From Lophium mytilinum (taxonomy: Eukaryota): DNA of 64,000 nucleotides. The translations under genes were made by a program, and so were the position numbers. The stretch spans positions 2,542,001 through 2,606,000 of the forward strand of contig MU004183.1 in assembly GCA_010093605.1 (NCBI GenBank), written 5' to 3'. Below, one piece after another: positions 23,500 through 38,300 of this stretch; position 1 is the stretch's first letter; each line of letters starts with the position of its first letter. The notes under the pieces are model-generated. The model had not been told where the DNA came from. It did no database searches and saw nothing but the letters and a program-made list of their open reading frames with translations.

Positions 23500-26400
23500 C
23501 GTCTCCCCCCTCTAAAGAAGCCCCCTAGTTAAAGCTTTTATAAGAGAGAGTTCTTTCTATACTAGAGTATCTATAATTACTTAAATATCTATTAAAGAAA
23601 GTACCTAATTATATTTTTAGCCGTAAGTAAATAAAGGAAATAAATTAATTTATAGAGGATTACTTATTCTTTCTATTTTTATGCAGCCTACTATAGCCTT
23701 ACTATTTTAGTATAGTAGTATTACTATATATAGTATTACTATGCGCAGTATTTATTATGCGTAGTATTACTATATGTAGTATTACTATATATAGTATTAC
23801 TATAAGTAGCCTTATTTATTTAAACTAGGGCCGGCTATAATAGAGCTATAAGAAGCTATATAGCCTTTATAGCTACTATCCCGCTACTAGGTACTTATAA
23901 TAATCTATATTATTATATTACATTAATTATTATATATATCCGCAGTTAGGCCTTCTTAATAAATTAATTTAACCGCTAGTCTAGTAATTAAATTATATAG
24001 CTTCTGCAACGTTAGTTATATAGAGGTTTATAGCAGTAAGAATAGTAGCTAAGGTTAGCTTCTAGTCTAATAGTAGTTAAAATAATAAATAAAGGCCTAG
24101 TTTCTTAGAGTATTAGTAGTAGAAATCTATAATAAGGTGCAGGCAGCTATTAATGTAATTATAGTTATTCTATTAGGGCTTATTATTCTATCTAATAAAC
24201 TTAATCTTATATTATAGTATGCCCCTTTTATCTATAGTAGAGTTAAGTTATCTTCTATTAAAATAGTAGTTAATAACCTTCTTAGCGTTATCTTTCTAAT
24301 ATATTAGCGTTATTTATATAGGCGGAGGCTTAGAATTATACTATTCTTTTATAGGGACTATATTAGCTAGGTATAGTAGCTATAGATAGAAGATAGAATA
24401 TAGATTTTCTATACCCTTAGATAGTTTAAGCTTATATATACTACTATTTTTATAGCTTTCTAGAATCTTAAAGGGGCCTAGCTTTTTAAAGTTAAGTTTC
24501 TTATTTAGGCGGTTTATTTTAATAAACCGTCTATTAAGTATAACTAGTTACCTAGGTAATATATATAAGCTAGTTATTGTTCTATATTAGTATATTTCTT
24601 TTACTTAGCTTAGGCCTATTTAATTTCTATATAGAGAAACGCGCGTAACTTATCTATTCTAGTAATAAATTTATCTATAAGTTTTATAAGATAAATAGTT
24701 AGCGTGTTTATATTTATATTCTTAGGTAATTATATAGCTAGCGTGGTGCCCGCACTAGAAATATAGCTCTTAGTAGCTATAAAGGGTGCTACTCTAGTAA
24801 AGGCGTTCTTTACTAAGTTAGCCTTAAATTTAGTAACGGCGAGAAAGTTATACTAGTTATCTTACTAGTAGTTAATATATACTCTAAGGTACTACTTTAG
24901 GCCTATATTTACTATTTTAGTCTATCTATCTATCTTAGAGTAGAAGGTAGTAGAAAGCTTTAGCTTTATTTTAATACACTTATATAGGCGGGACTAGAAG
25001 GTTAATATAAACTATAACCTATAATTAGATATAATAGATTCTAGATATTCTTTAGTGCGCTAGACCTATTCTAGAAAGGCCTAGGCTACTTCTTTAGCGT
25101 CTATTATTACTATTAAAATAAACTTATGCATTTTAGAGAGTCTATCTATAACTACTATAATATATTAGTAGTCTTATCTAAATTATATATACCTAGGCAG
25201 GGGCCTAATAAAGTTAACTATAAGGTTAGTCTAGTATTACTCTAGAATAGAAAGTAGTTTAAAGAAGCCTTATTTTATATTATATACGTACTTAATATAA
25301 TTATATAGCTAGTAAGCTTTAATATAATAGTTAATATTATAGGTTATCTATAGCTAGAAGTAATATATTAAAACCTAGTTATATATAGATGTAGTTCTAC
25401 TATAGCTAATAGAGGGAGGTTTATATAGACTCTTAATAATAGCTAATTAGAGTTTCTCTTTAGTAGAAATATATAAATAGTTCTTCTAAATAAAGATAAG
25501 GCTATTATAAATTATATAGTTATAGAGCTTAAGCTTAACGCTGTAATTTTTAACTATATTAGTAGGTAGGCGGCGTAGCTTAGCTCTAATAGTATCTTTA
25601 ATAGCGTTACTAATAGTATTATTAATAAGGGCTTCTTATATATAATTTACTATATCTTACTCTATAGTACTATTAGTAGAGTTACTCTATAACTCCCTCT
25701 ATCTTAGTAACTTCTATAGTTCTTTATTAAGGTTACTCTAAGACTCCCCCTAATTAAGTTCTACTTTACTAAGGTTATATATTATTACTATAAGAGAGGT
25801 AATATTATAAGTAACACTATTAGTTATAATATAGGCTAGTTTAATAGCGTAGCGCATACTAGATTTAAGATTATAGTTCTTAAGAATAGTTTATTACTAG
25901 ATTTTATAGCGCTTATTATTCTAATTTAGTATATTACCTAGGCGCCTAGTTAGTAAATTAGCCTTACTATTATTCTTACCTAGCCTGTAAGTAATCTAGA
26001 AGTTAAACTTAGAGAGAAATTTAGCCTATCTAGCTTATCTATAATTAAGCTACTTAGTTTCTATAAAGTACTATAGCGTCTAGTAGTCTAAAAGAACTTT
26101 ATTAGAGTTACTATAGCTATAACTAGTAAGTTCTATATACTATTCTTTAAAGGCGCGGATAATTGCTAGAAGTTCTTTATTATAAATTTAATAATTTAGT
26201 TAGGCTGCGCTTATTTAGTAAGATATAAACGCAATAGAATAAAAAACACTATTAGCTTATATTTAAGATAGTATAGTAGCTATAATAGTATTAAATGCAT
26301 TATATTCTACCTAAGTCTCTAGATCTAGATTAAAGTGGGCCATCTAAAAAGTATTAATAAACGCTTATTTTATCTACTTAAAGAAGAAGTTCTTTAAGCT

Positions 26401-29400
26401 ACCTTTCTACTATAGGAAGATAAACTACTTATAAACCTCTACTCTAGTAAGTCTAGTAAGCGGCCCTATAATATTAGAATAGGTAATAATAAATTATTAG
26501 TAGAAGTTATAGAAGCCTAGAAAAGCTTATATATTATAGAGGTTCTATAGTTATAGCTAGTTAATAACTATCTTAACTTTAGCTAGGTCTATCTTAAGGC
26601 CGTTAACGCTAATAATAACGCCTAGGTATTTAACCTTCTATTTATAGAACTTACATTTTATAATATTAAAAAATAGGCTAGCTTTATAAAGTTATTAGAG
26701 GACTTTCTTAATATAACTAATATATTCTTTAAGCGTTTTACTAAAGATAAGAATATTATTAAGGTAGGCTATATAGAAGGTATCTAAATATTCTAAAAAG
26801 ATATTATTAATAAAGGCTTAAAATATCGCTAGGGCATTATATAAGCTAAAGGGTAGGACAGTAAATTTAAATAGGCCGTATCTAGTAAAAAAGGCCGTGT
26901 ATTTCTTATCTTCTTTACGCATTCTAATCGCGTTAAAGGCAGTAATAATATTAAATTTAGTATAGTAGCAAGCATATTTTAGTAATACTAAAGTGTTCTT
27001 TATAGCTAGTAGAATATTACAGGCCTTAATAGTAATAGCGTTAAGGCTATAGTAGTTAATATAAATATAGAGGCCTCCTCTAGATTTATAGATAATAATA
27101 ACTAGAGTAGTATACTAACTATTACTTTTTCTAATATAGCCTTTACTATACATCTTATTAATAAATATTTTAATAACTAGTATCTTGTTCTATAAGAGTC
27201 TATAGACTTTATACGCTAGTGCCTTTATTTCTAGTTTAATATTAATATAATAGTTAATATCTATACTATCTTTTACTTTTTAATATAGTAGTAGCTTATT
27301 AGCTTCCTTTAGGTCCTATATATTAAGGAAGCTATAGTATTTTATAGATACTAATACTTTAAGTTTATTATAGGTTATTAGTTTACACTCTATCTTCTTA
27401 AAGAATTTCTATTAGTTATCTTTTAATATTGCGTAGAGACTAATAGCTACTAGGTTATTTATAAAATTAGCTAGACCTAAAATAATATTGCTAGATTTAT
27501 ATAGGCGTCTATTAGCGCGCGCCTAAGCTTTAGCTTTCTTATTAGTAAGTACTAGTTTAAAGTATTTAGGCTATATATAGATAGTATCTTTCTCTAGTAA
27601 CTACTAGAAGTTATATAAATATTTATTACTAGATACTATATTAATATTAAGTGCTTTAAAGGTAGTAAGCTAAGCGTTAAGTTTCTATTAGAATAGGCGC
27701 TTACTAGTATAGGTAATAGAGTTCTTAGACTAGATATAGACCGGTTTATAATTAACTAGATACTAAGAATAGTAGTAGTCTAAATCTAGCTATATTATTT
27801 ATATACTAAACTTTATATAGGCGTTGTATATTATAAGCTAGCCTATGCCTAAAATAATATTATAGCCCTTAAAATTATAGATTAGGGCCTAGAACTTATT
27901 ATAGTAGCCTTTAATCTATATAGTAACTTTAGCTGCCTTATTAATAACTAATATAGAACTATTTAGTAGTTTAATATTACGTAGAGTAGCTTTATAGATA
28001 TTAAGCTTATATTATTTTATAAAGCTTATAGAAATAAATATAAAGCCGCTATATCTAGAATCTATAAGAATAGTTAATTTAACTATTCTAGTTAAAGTAA
28101 TAATTTTATAGTTAAAGTCTATTTACTTACTAGAGAGAGGAGTAAGACTAATAGCGTATATAGATAGCTTAATATTAGGTAGTTTTAGAGGAGGTAGCTT
28201 AAGTTCTTAAATATATATAAAACCTTAAGCTAGCGTATCTTCTAACTATCTCTAATAATAACTTTTATTAGAGATTAAGTATTTTCTAACTTATTAGAAT
28301 AGACGGCTTTATTATTACTATCTTAGTCTTAGTTATTCTTATATTTATACTTATACTAGCACTCCTAATTACTACTATAGTTAAACGCGTTAAGTTCTAT
28401 ACTATTAATACTAGTAGTAGTAAGGCGCTTATTATACTAAGCCTCTAATATAGTCTTTCTAGCTATAGTGCATTTAGAGTTGCTAGCGCGGTAATTCTTC
28501 TTAAAGTAGCTAAAGCAGCGTCCTTTCTTACTTAGGCGTAGATAAATATATAGTAGAACGCTTAGCAATAGAACTATAGTAGTCTTCTTAACTATAATAT
28601 AGTTATTAGTCTTACTAATAAACTGCTCGCGTTAGATATAGTTTATATTGCGCTAGCTATTCTATATATATATATTATTTAAGCGGCGTACTAAGATCTA
28701 TATAGTAAAAAGCTCTTTATTAGCTTATTTTTCGCGTTAAATATAATAATAGTCCTTATATAGAATATTATCTTTTACCTAGTACTAGGTTAATAGACTA
28801 AAGTTAATATATTTAGTAAGATCTATATATAGTATTTCCTTAAGGTAATAGTATTAAGTTATAAGGCTATTATTAATTTTACTATATTTAAGTCTATTAA
28901 GAATAATATTAAGATATTATAGAAAGTTAGACGTCTTTTTATTATATTACTATTTTATACCCTTACTATTAAGTTAGTTAAGAAGGTAATTATAATAAAT
29001 AGCGTTACTTTCTTAAAATATAGTATCTAGGTTCTAGATAAGTTTCTTAAGTAAATAATATAGGTTTATAGATGTAAAAAGACTATAGTCTTTAATAACT
29101 TTATATGCGCGTCCTTTATAATAACTAATAGTAAGTTAAATTTAAGTTATAGTAGTAGAGTAAGTCTACTAGTTTACTTAGATTAGGTAGATTAGATAGT
29201 TCTTCTAGGCTATATATACTATAGCTTCTAATTTAAAATCCTAAAAATATATATATTTAAAATAAGGGCCTTATTATCTAAATTAAGAATAGACGGGCCT
29301 ATAGACTTATAGCTAGGTAAAACCTTTTAGTTAGCTTAAATCTAGGTTACCCCCTCCTTCTCTAGCTATAAAGTATTAGCCTAGAACGCAGTTATATTAG

Positions 29401-31681
29401 AAGTTATCTAGGTTAAGAGTATATAGACCTACTAGTAGTAGAGAAGAAGTATTATTAGTAGAATTATAATTAGAGTATTTATCCGCGTATAGATTATTAG
29501 ATTATCCCGCTAATATATTCTATTAGGCTTAAGTTTTAAGCTAGGTAATTTATATTAAGGCCTATTAGTGTCTAGCTTAGAGGTTATTAAGCTAATAGAT
29601 TTAGGCTTAGAAGTTAGCGTGCTTTTTATTACGTAGGCGATATATATAGGCTAACTCTATCTATTTAGACTTAAGTTTATAGTTAAGGGTATAGACTTAG
29701 GTCTAAAGCTTAGTAAGTTTACTATTAGTAAGTAAATACTTTTTATTTAGCTCTTTAATATTAGCGTTAGTAGTATTCTATTCTTAGGTAGTAATATTTA
29801 TTCTATACTTATAATTACTACTATTTTAGTAAGCTAGTATAATATAGTTCTACTACTATTCTAGTATAAGTTAAATGTCTTTAATAAGATTCTATAGACC
29901 TTATAGTTTATATTATTAGTAGACGCCGTCTCTATAGTATATCTTAAAGATAGAGCTATTAGCGCGCTATATAATTATAAGATATAACTACTATTAGTCC
30001 TCTATATATATTATAGTATAGTATCTATTACTCTATTCTATACCCGCTGCTTACTAGGCTAGGTTAGAAGTATTAAGTCTAGTAATAGATTTAACGCAGG
30101 TAGATTAGTATTATAATAGAGATATATTAGGTAAGAAAATACTATAAATAGGTAGTATTCTTAGATACTTAGAATTACGGGACTAATATAGCTTAGAAAT
30201 AGTATTATAGTACACTATAGCTTCTAGAGTATTAATAGTAACGCCTTAATAGGCTATTTTAAGCTTATTAACTTTATTATCCGCGTTATTACTAAACTAA
30301 TATTCCTCCTTCTAACGGTTATATTTATTAGCGGAATTAAAGTTAGAGGAGAAGTCCTTATTATAGGCGGCAGTTATATTATTAAGGCCGGCAGTTATAT
30401 TATTAAGAATAGGTAAATTAAAGTCGCCTAGTATATAGCTACTAATATAAGAGAGTAGAAGTATAGTTTTCTCTACTATAGTTACTACTAGAGGAGCTAG
30501 AGTAATTAGTATAGATTTACCTATAGTACTAAACTTAGTCTAATAATATTATAAGTCTACGGGTATTACTAGAGAAACTAGTCTAATAGATAGAGTTAGT
30601 TAAGAAGTAGTAGCTAGTATCTATAACTAGAATTAAGTCGCGCCTTAAAAGGGTTAGTTTACTAGCTAAATAAGAGAAGGCTATAGCCTATAATTAATCT
30701 ATATTATATTATTATTATTATCTTCTATAAGTAGGTAGTATAAGTTTAGGGCGCCTTTCTATTATAATATAATGCGGCGGGGGTTAATAGAAATACTATT
30801 AGTATTACTTAATAGGCGTCTAGTAGTAAATTATCTACTAGAGATAGAGTTGCTAAACTATAGAGCTTTAGCGCGGTTAAAAGTATAGTAGTTAGAGTTA
30901 GCTATATAAGTAGAAAAGGTTAGTATAGAAGAAAAAAAACTTAAAGAGGTAAGGTATTAAATTTATATATAAGGGCCTATTAAATTTAAATTATTTACTA
31001 TATACGCCGGGCGCCTAGAAGGTTTAAAAGGGGCGCTAGTTATACTTAGTAGCGGGACTACCTAGAGGGTTATAGTAAATAGTAATATTAGGTAGTCTAT
31101 TTATAAAACGGGTAGTATATAGAAAATAGGTAGTATATAGAAAATAGATAGTCTATAGATATTTATTCTATAATACTAAGTATATATATAGGCTAGCTAT
31201 TATTAATACTAAGCTTTCCGGGCGTTAGTCTCTATATAGTAATAGTAATTAATTAGTAATACTAGGCGCGCGTATATACTATTATCTATACTAAGCTTTC
31301 TAGGCGTTAGTCTCTATATAGTAATAGTAAATAGAAGAAGAAGTTATAGAGCTATTAAAGTAATTAATAATTAGTAGGGACTTTCTAGAGTACTACTACT
31401 ACCCCTCTATTATAGGGGCTTATTATAGAGTATCTACTATAGTTATAAGGTCTATTACCTAATATTACGCATAATAGTTAAATTACTTTATTAGAGGCCT
31501 GCGGCGCTACTAATAGAATACTATATTAGTATAGTCTTTATTAGGGGTCTATAACTCTACTAATAGTTACTATATAGAAAGGTATAGATATTCTATAGCT
31601 TATTATAAAAGCGCACTCTATTATAGAAAATTTCTAGGGGTGCTTCTATTGCTTCTAGAAGCTAGAAGGGTATTTATTTTA

Positions 31682-31881
31682 TATTAGGGCTTAAGGTTAG
31701 AACATTAGAATTATTAAATTAAATAGTATTAATATTAATAAAAGATAAATATAAAAGAGAAAGAGGTTTCTAGAACGGACGTTATAATAACCTAAAGGGT
31801 AGAGTAATATTTACCTAATCTATAGAGCCTCTATTATATAACCTCTAGTTATATATTATGCGCAATTATATAGCTATAATA
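31682..31881 (-). repeat. 5' LTR of element A
   Basis: 200-bp copy that differs from 23300-23499 mainly by transitions. Confidence 0.93.
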
Positions 31882-32133
31882 CTAGAGGCTCTAAAGAATC
31901 TATTACTATATTTTATTCTTTTAGATACTTAATATAGTGCCGGATAATAATATTAAGAAATAATACTAGTGCGCTATAGAGCCTAGATCTTCTATATTTC
32001 TATAGATATAGCTACTAACTAGCTAATAGCTTTATATATAAATAACTCTATTACTTAATACTACTTCTTAATCTCTATTTTATTTAATAGCGCGGCTATT
32101 AAATATCTATAGCTAAGTTTACTATATATATAT

Positions 32134-32335
32134 TATAACGGATCTAGCTCTATATATATTACGTGCCCTTAGCTACATTATATAAGCCTGTACGCTAGCG
32201 CGGTTTTACACCTCTAGCCTATATTTAGCCTGCACCGCGTAGAACCTCTACCTTTATATAACTTTATCTTTATAAATACACCCTATTTCTTATTTAATAC
32301 TATACTCCGTGCCTTACCTCTTATAGTCTATAATA
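32134..32335 (+). repeat. 5' LTR of element B
   Basis: tataacggatctagc...gtctataata, repeated at 39809-40010. Confidence 0.92.
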
Positions 32336-35300
32336 CTATAAAGTTGCTCTATCTAGCTACTATCTACTAGGTTCTTAAACTATAATCTACTACTAGTAAA
32401 CTATAATACTCTATAATTACCCCGCGCGGCTATTAATACTATAGCTAACAACCCCCTTAGTATAACTAGTATATAAAAGCTTTAAGACCTTCTTTTATAG
32501 CGCACTATTCTTATACCCTTAGACTTCTAGGCCTTAACTTAGAACTTCTAGAACACTAACACTACTAAGAAATCCTAGATAATTACTAGAAACTTATAGC
32601 GCGCGCGCAGCTATAATAATAATACCTAAGACAACCTTACTAAAGGCCTTACTAAAGGCAATACTATTCTTAAAGATAATAAGCTTTAGAAACACCCTAA
32701 TTAACCTAACTCTAGTAGCTATATCTACTACTCTAAGATACCTAGCGCCTTTAAGACTTCTATCTTTAAAGTAAATAAGCTTATTAATTATTCTACTATT
32801 AATAAGTAAAATACTAATAAAGCTCCCGTTATATATAAAGTTCTAGACGCTAAAGCCTTTATAGACTTTATTACTAAAAATAAGGTAATAGCCTTTAAAT
32901 TAACCCGTTTATATAAAGCTAAGATCTATTAACTATATAACTATCTTAAGCGTAATAAGGCCTCTATAGAGGCTTAGGCTAAGCTTAATAAGTAAGCTTA
33001 TAATATAATTAAGTAATAAGATAACTACCTCTAGGCCGTAAAAGATAATATTAAGTAGCTAGAAAAGACTATTACTAATATAAAATTTAAATACTAGTCT
33101 AACCTTTCTAACCTCTATAATAACCGCAATAATACTATCTAAGATAAAGATAACGCTATCTACGCTAGAAACGCTAAAGATAAAATTATATATAAATACG
33201 TTACTAATATAGTAGTATTTACCGCCTAGATAGATACTATTAACGCAATAGTAGTAAAGTGTATTACTAAGCTTAAGGCCTATAGTAAAGCTTTAGCTAA
33301 GCGTATTACTAAGCTTAAAGCCTATATTAAGAATATTAAAAAAGCCCTTACTACTACTAAAGTCTATATTAATAGTCTCTAGAATACTACTATCTATAGC
33401 TCTATAGCCCGCGCTAATAGCCCTCCCCCTAAAATTACTACGTAGCTTACTACTACTATAAGCTATTAATATAAGCTTATAGCCTATATTATAGCTAAAG
33501 AAGGCGCTAAGCCTATACTACGCCCTTCTATTCTACTAGCTAGCTGTAACTATTTACGCGGCTATAACTACTACTAACTAGAACCCTTACTACCCTGCCG
33601 CCCTAATAAGCCCCCCTATACTTAATAGAACTATCTATACTCTACCAGGGGTAGTAATAAACCCCCCTCTAATTCTAGTAATAGTAATAATAATAAGGAC
33701 TCCCGCAACTATAACCTAATTTACGCCTTTTAACTGCGTACGCTACCTTATATAGAACTAGATAGCGCTCTACTACCTCCGTATAATATTAACTGCGGAA
33801 CCCGCGCTAATTAGAATAAAGATAAGACTATACTATACCCTTCTAAGTATAATAGTAATAAAGCTAAATATATTACCTAGTATTACTAGGTTCTTAGTAA
33901 GTTTACTTATAGTAGCTGCCTCTACTAATATAATAAAGGCTTCTACCTCTACTTTCTTAGTATATATCTTACTAGCATACCTCTTAGTAACTATATAGCG
34001 TAGATAATAGGCTATTAGCCCTTTTACACTCTTAATAAAGCTATTAAGCGCCTTAATATTAAGAACCTACTATATAACCCTAAAGCTATTACTTTCTAGT
34101 AACTTAACTAACTAATCTAGGGTAATAATAACCTTAATATATTCTATATAAAATACTAAGTACTTATAGCATAACTATTAAACTAAAAACACTATTAGAA
34201 TATTACCGCGCTTAAGGTAAAGATCCGCCCTAGTATTACTAAGTCTACGGGCGTTCTAGGGAAACATTATAAGAAAGAATATAAAGTTATTAATACTTAC
34301 TACAACTAGCTTCTAGACTAAGCTATAGTTAACTATACCTAGCTATACTAACTATATAACTAGCCTAGATAGTATAGCTAATAGCCTAATAACTTCTAGA
34401 CTAATAATAGCTATTATAGTAGCTACTGCAGTAACTACCTATAGAACCCTTCTAATTAAAACCCCGCTAATTAGACCCTAATAGGTTAATTTTAAGCTAC
34501 TTAGAATTAGATCTCTTAGAATTAAGGCTACTAGAATAACTAGAGCTAAGAATAAGGCTAGAATATAATAAATACGCCTAGCTAGAATTACTAGATGTCC
34601 GCGCTATAGATATATAAAGCTATAAACTTCCCCGTTAATATTTCTACTAATTAGCAGCACCCTGCCCTAGGCCGCCTCTTAGATAATTAAAAGCGTTAGC
34701 TTATAAGTAAGAACTATTACTTCCGCTACTAACTTATAGGCTATACTTCTACTAACTAGTAGTACTCTATAGAGCGCTCTATACTTGCCCTATATAGTAT
34801 TAGCACGTATTCTAATAATATTATAACTCTAGCCCTATCTATATATACCCTATTTATATACACGCCCCTATTTATATATACTCTATCTATCTATATACCT
34901 ACTATATTTACTCTAGCTTCTACTAAAGTAGGTATTAATACTTCTATCTTATTTAGAGGCGCAGAAGGACTATTTATAGGCTATAGCTAACCCTAAAACT
35001 AGAGCTATTCCTACTTAAAAAATACTTAGTTCTAGATTATAGTCGCGATCTAGGGCGTATTATTACTTAAGTAGTCTAATACTATAAAAATAAAGAATCT
35101 ATACAGTTATAGTTAAGAAGGTTAGTTATTTTAGCTACCTCTCTTAGTAATAATATTTAAGCGGGTTAAACTAATAAAAAGACCCTCTATAGCTTTCTAG
35201 TTCTAGCTAAAGTCTAGCATTTCTATAAAGAATAACTACTAGATATAATTAAAGAATACCTTTATAGTAATACTAGAGTAACTAATAAATTTATAGATAC

Positions 35301-38300
35301 TACTTACGCGTACTAAATAAACTTTTCTACCCGCCCCTTACCTAAATTATATACTCTTAAACTAGTAGATAGATCTACTATTACTAAGAAGATTACCTAT
35401 AAAGCCCTTATTTCTATTACTATCTAAGAATACTAGAGCCGTAAATAGGCCTATATTATAGACCTAGGCGATTATAATATTATTTTAGAACTCTACTAGT
35501 TCTAATACTATAACCTAGCCGTTAACTAGGTTACTAGCTAGCTTAACTTTATAAAGGAAAAATATAATAGAGTCTTTTATAAATACTATTACTATTATAT
35601 TAATAACGCTAATATAGCTATTATATATACTAAAGAATTAGCTCCACCTAATTTTATATATAACTATAATTATATTCTAATATTCTTTAATTCTATATAC
35701 TCTATATAGAGAATAGGCGTTATAGCTTACCTTACTATGCGCCGCATAGCCGCTATTAAAGGAGATTAGCTTAATAACTTACCTTAATATATTACTGCCA
35801 ACCTTACTAATACTAGCAAAAACTTCTTACTCTATTCTAACTACCTCTAGGTTATAGCCCTATAAATAAGTAATATACCTATCTACCTCTATAAACTAGC
35901 TATATATAATATTAAGAAGTTTATAGAAATTAAGTAATATTACACTAAAGAGAAGATATTTATAAAACTTCCCTCTAGCCTATATAAATATATTTATATA
36001 TTTAACTAAGTTAATATAGATATACTTCCTCTATATAGACCCGGTATTAACTATAAAATTAACTAGGTTAATAGCATTAACCTTAGTAAGCTACCTAAAG
36101 CCCGCCTATACCCTATATCTACTAATAAACTCCGTATTATTAAGAAATAGCTTAATAATAATCTAGCTAAGAGCTATATTAGATAATTATAATTATAAGT
36201 CTCTTTACCTATCCTTCTTATACGCAAGCCGGGGGGCAGTATTTAGTTCTATATTAACTATAGAGCCGTTAACGCCCTTACTATTAAAACTTATTATTCT
36301 ATACCCCTTATATAAGAGATACTTTACTATTTTAGAAAAGCTAAGTAGTTTACTAAGCTTAATATTATTACCGCTTTTAATAAAGTCTATATAGCCCTAG
36401 GCTATAAATATAAAATAGCTTTTATAACCCGCTATAGTAAATATAAGTCCCTTATTATACTCTTTAGTGTTATAGGGGGGCCTAGAACTTTCTAGTTCTT
36501 TATTAACCGCACGCTATATAATTTCCTTAATAAATTCTATACTATATATCTAGATAATATTCTTATTTATATAGGGGGTTCTAAGAAAGATTATAAGGCC
36601 TATATAGCCGCTATTCTTAAATATTTAGAGGCCGTAGGCCTATATATTAACTTATCTAAGTACGCATTTAACTAGAAAGAAGTTACCTACTTAAGCCTAA
36701 TAATTTCTACTAATAGAATCCGCATAAATCTAGAAAAAGTTGCCGCTATTCTTAAATAGAATACTCTAACCTGTATTAAGAATATCTAAGCCTTTATTAG
36801 GCTATTTAATTTCTACTAGTAATTTATCTATAAATTCTCTTATATTATTAAACCGCTTACTAATATAATAAAGCTCTAAGAGGAATAGAAGAAAGCCCGC
36901 TTTTTATAGATAGAGGCCTATAAAAAGGCCTTCTACGCGCTTAAGAAAGTATTTATAGAAGTACCCGTCCTAATATACTTCTAATATAGTAAAAAGGTCT
37001 TTCTTAAAATAGACACTTCTAATTATATAATAGCCGGCGTTATATTCTAAATTAGACCTAATAGCCTTCTATATCTAGTTACCTTTTTCTCTTTTAAAAT
37101 ATTACTAGCTAAGTGCAACTATAAGATCTATAATAAGGAACTTCTTACTATAGTTAAGGCCTTTAAAAAATAGAGACCTAAGCTTATAAGCGCTAACTTT
37201 AAAGATCTAACTAACGTCCTTATAGATTACTATAATCTTAAGTAGTTTATAACTACTAAAAAACTTAACCGCCGCTAAGTATACTAGGTAGAGTTTCTTA
37301 CTAGATTTAATTTTAAAATTATATACTATTCTAGCGTACTAGAGGGTAAATCTAATAGCCTTATGCGCTATTTATAAGACCTACCTTATAGGCCTAATAA
37401 TCTATAAAATTAATTCTAATATTAAACTATACTTAAATCTTATAACCTTAGGCCTAGAGTTACGCTAAATAGTAAATTACCACTCTTACTAAATAACGCT
37501 AAGCTAAGTAAGCCTAGCTCTCTCGGGCTGTTCTACGCACTTTACTAAAATAGGCTACTTCCGTGCACTAAGAAACTTAAACCTCTTCTAATAACCTTAC
37601 TATAATCCTCTCTTAAAATATATTCTCTCTTCCTTTTACCTCTTTAACTCGCCCCCGCTAGGCTGCGCAGCTACAACTATGCTAGTAATAATAATAGTAA
37701 TAGTAATAGAAGCGCTAATAAGGCTTTTACGGCGCTACCTAGTAACGCTAATAAGATTTTTACAGCTCTATTAGCTAATAAGAATATTATAGCTGCTAAT
37801 AAGGATATTATAGTATAGCTAGTTTAAGGTAATAATAATAATATTAACTATAATAATAATAATCTATAATACCTTATTAATAAAGCCTATATATAACTAC
37901 TACCCTCTAAACTTCTATATAATTCTATACTATATAAGCTTATAGATATTATCTAAAGCGGCGCCTACTTCTTTCTAAAAGCCCTCTATAACCTTATTAG
38001 CAACCTTAATATTAATAGTTTTAAAATACGGGATAACTAACTATACTATTATAATTATCTATATATACTAGCCTATAACTAGCTATATACTAAGCTACTT
38101 AGCCTCTCTTATAATACTTCTATTACTAGCTACCCTAGTAAATATAGCTTCTATAAGTTACTCTAACGCTACTACTTTTAGCCTAACTTCTATAATAATA
38201 TTAAACGCTATATAGGCGCCTATTATAGCTACCGCTAAGCTAAAGCTTTTTAAGATAAATAGTAAGAACTACTCTATAGCCTTAATACACCTAATAAGTA

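Larger units (their letters stand above)
23300..31881 (-). mobile_element. full-length Ty3/Gypsy chromovirus LTR retrotransposon A (RIP-inactivated)
   Basis: 200-bp LTRs at 23300-23499 and 31682-31881. PPT (plus strand gtctcccccctct) at about 23501-23513. TSD CTAGG/CTAGA. On the minus strand: RT AYL(D)(D)ILIFS near 26750-26770, RNase H KELLAI near 26170, chromodomain remnant near 24100-24220. Confidence 0.93.

Noticed and set aside
23710..23805. 15-bp gtagtattactatat-type array (also at about 62250-62355)
   Set aside because: Internal part of the retrotransposon 3' untranslated region; no unique spacers, so not a CRISPR array.
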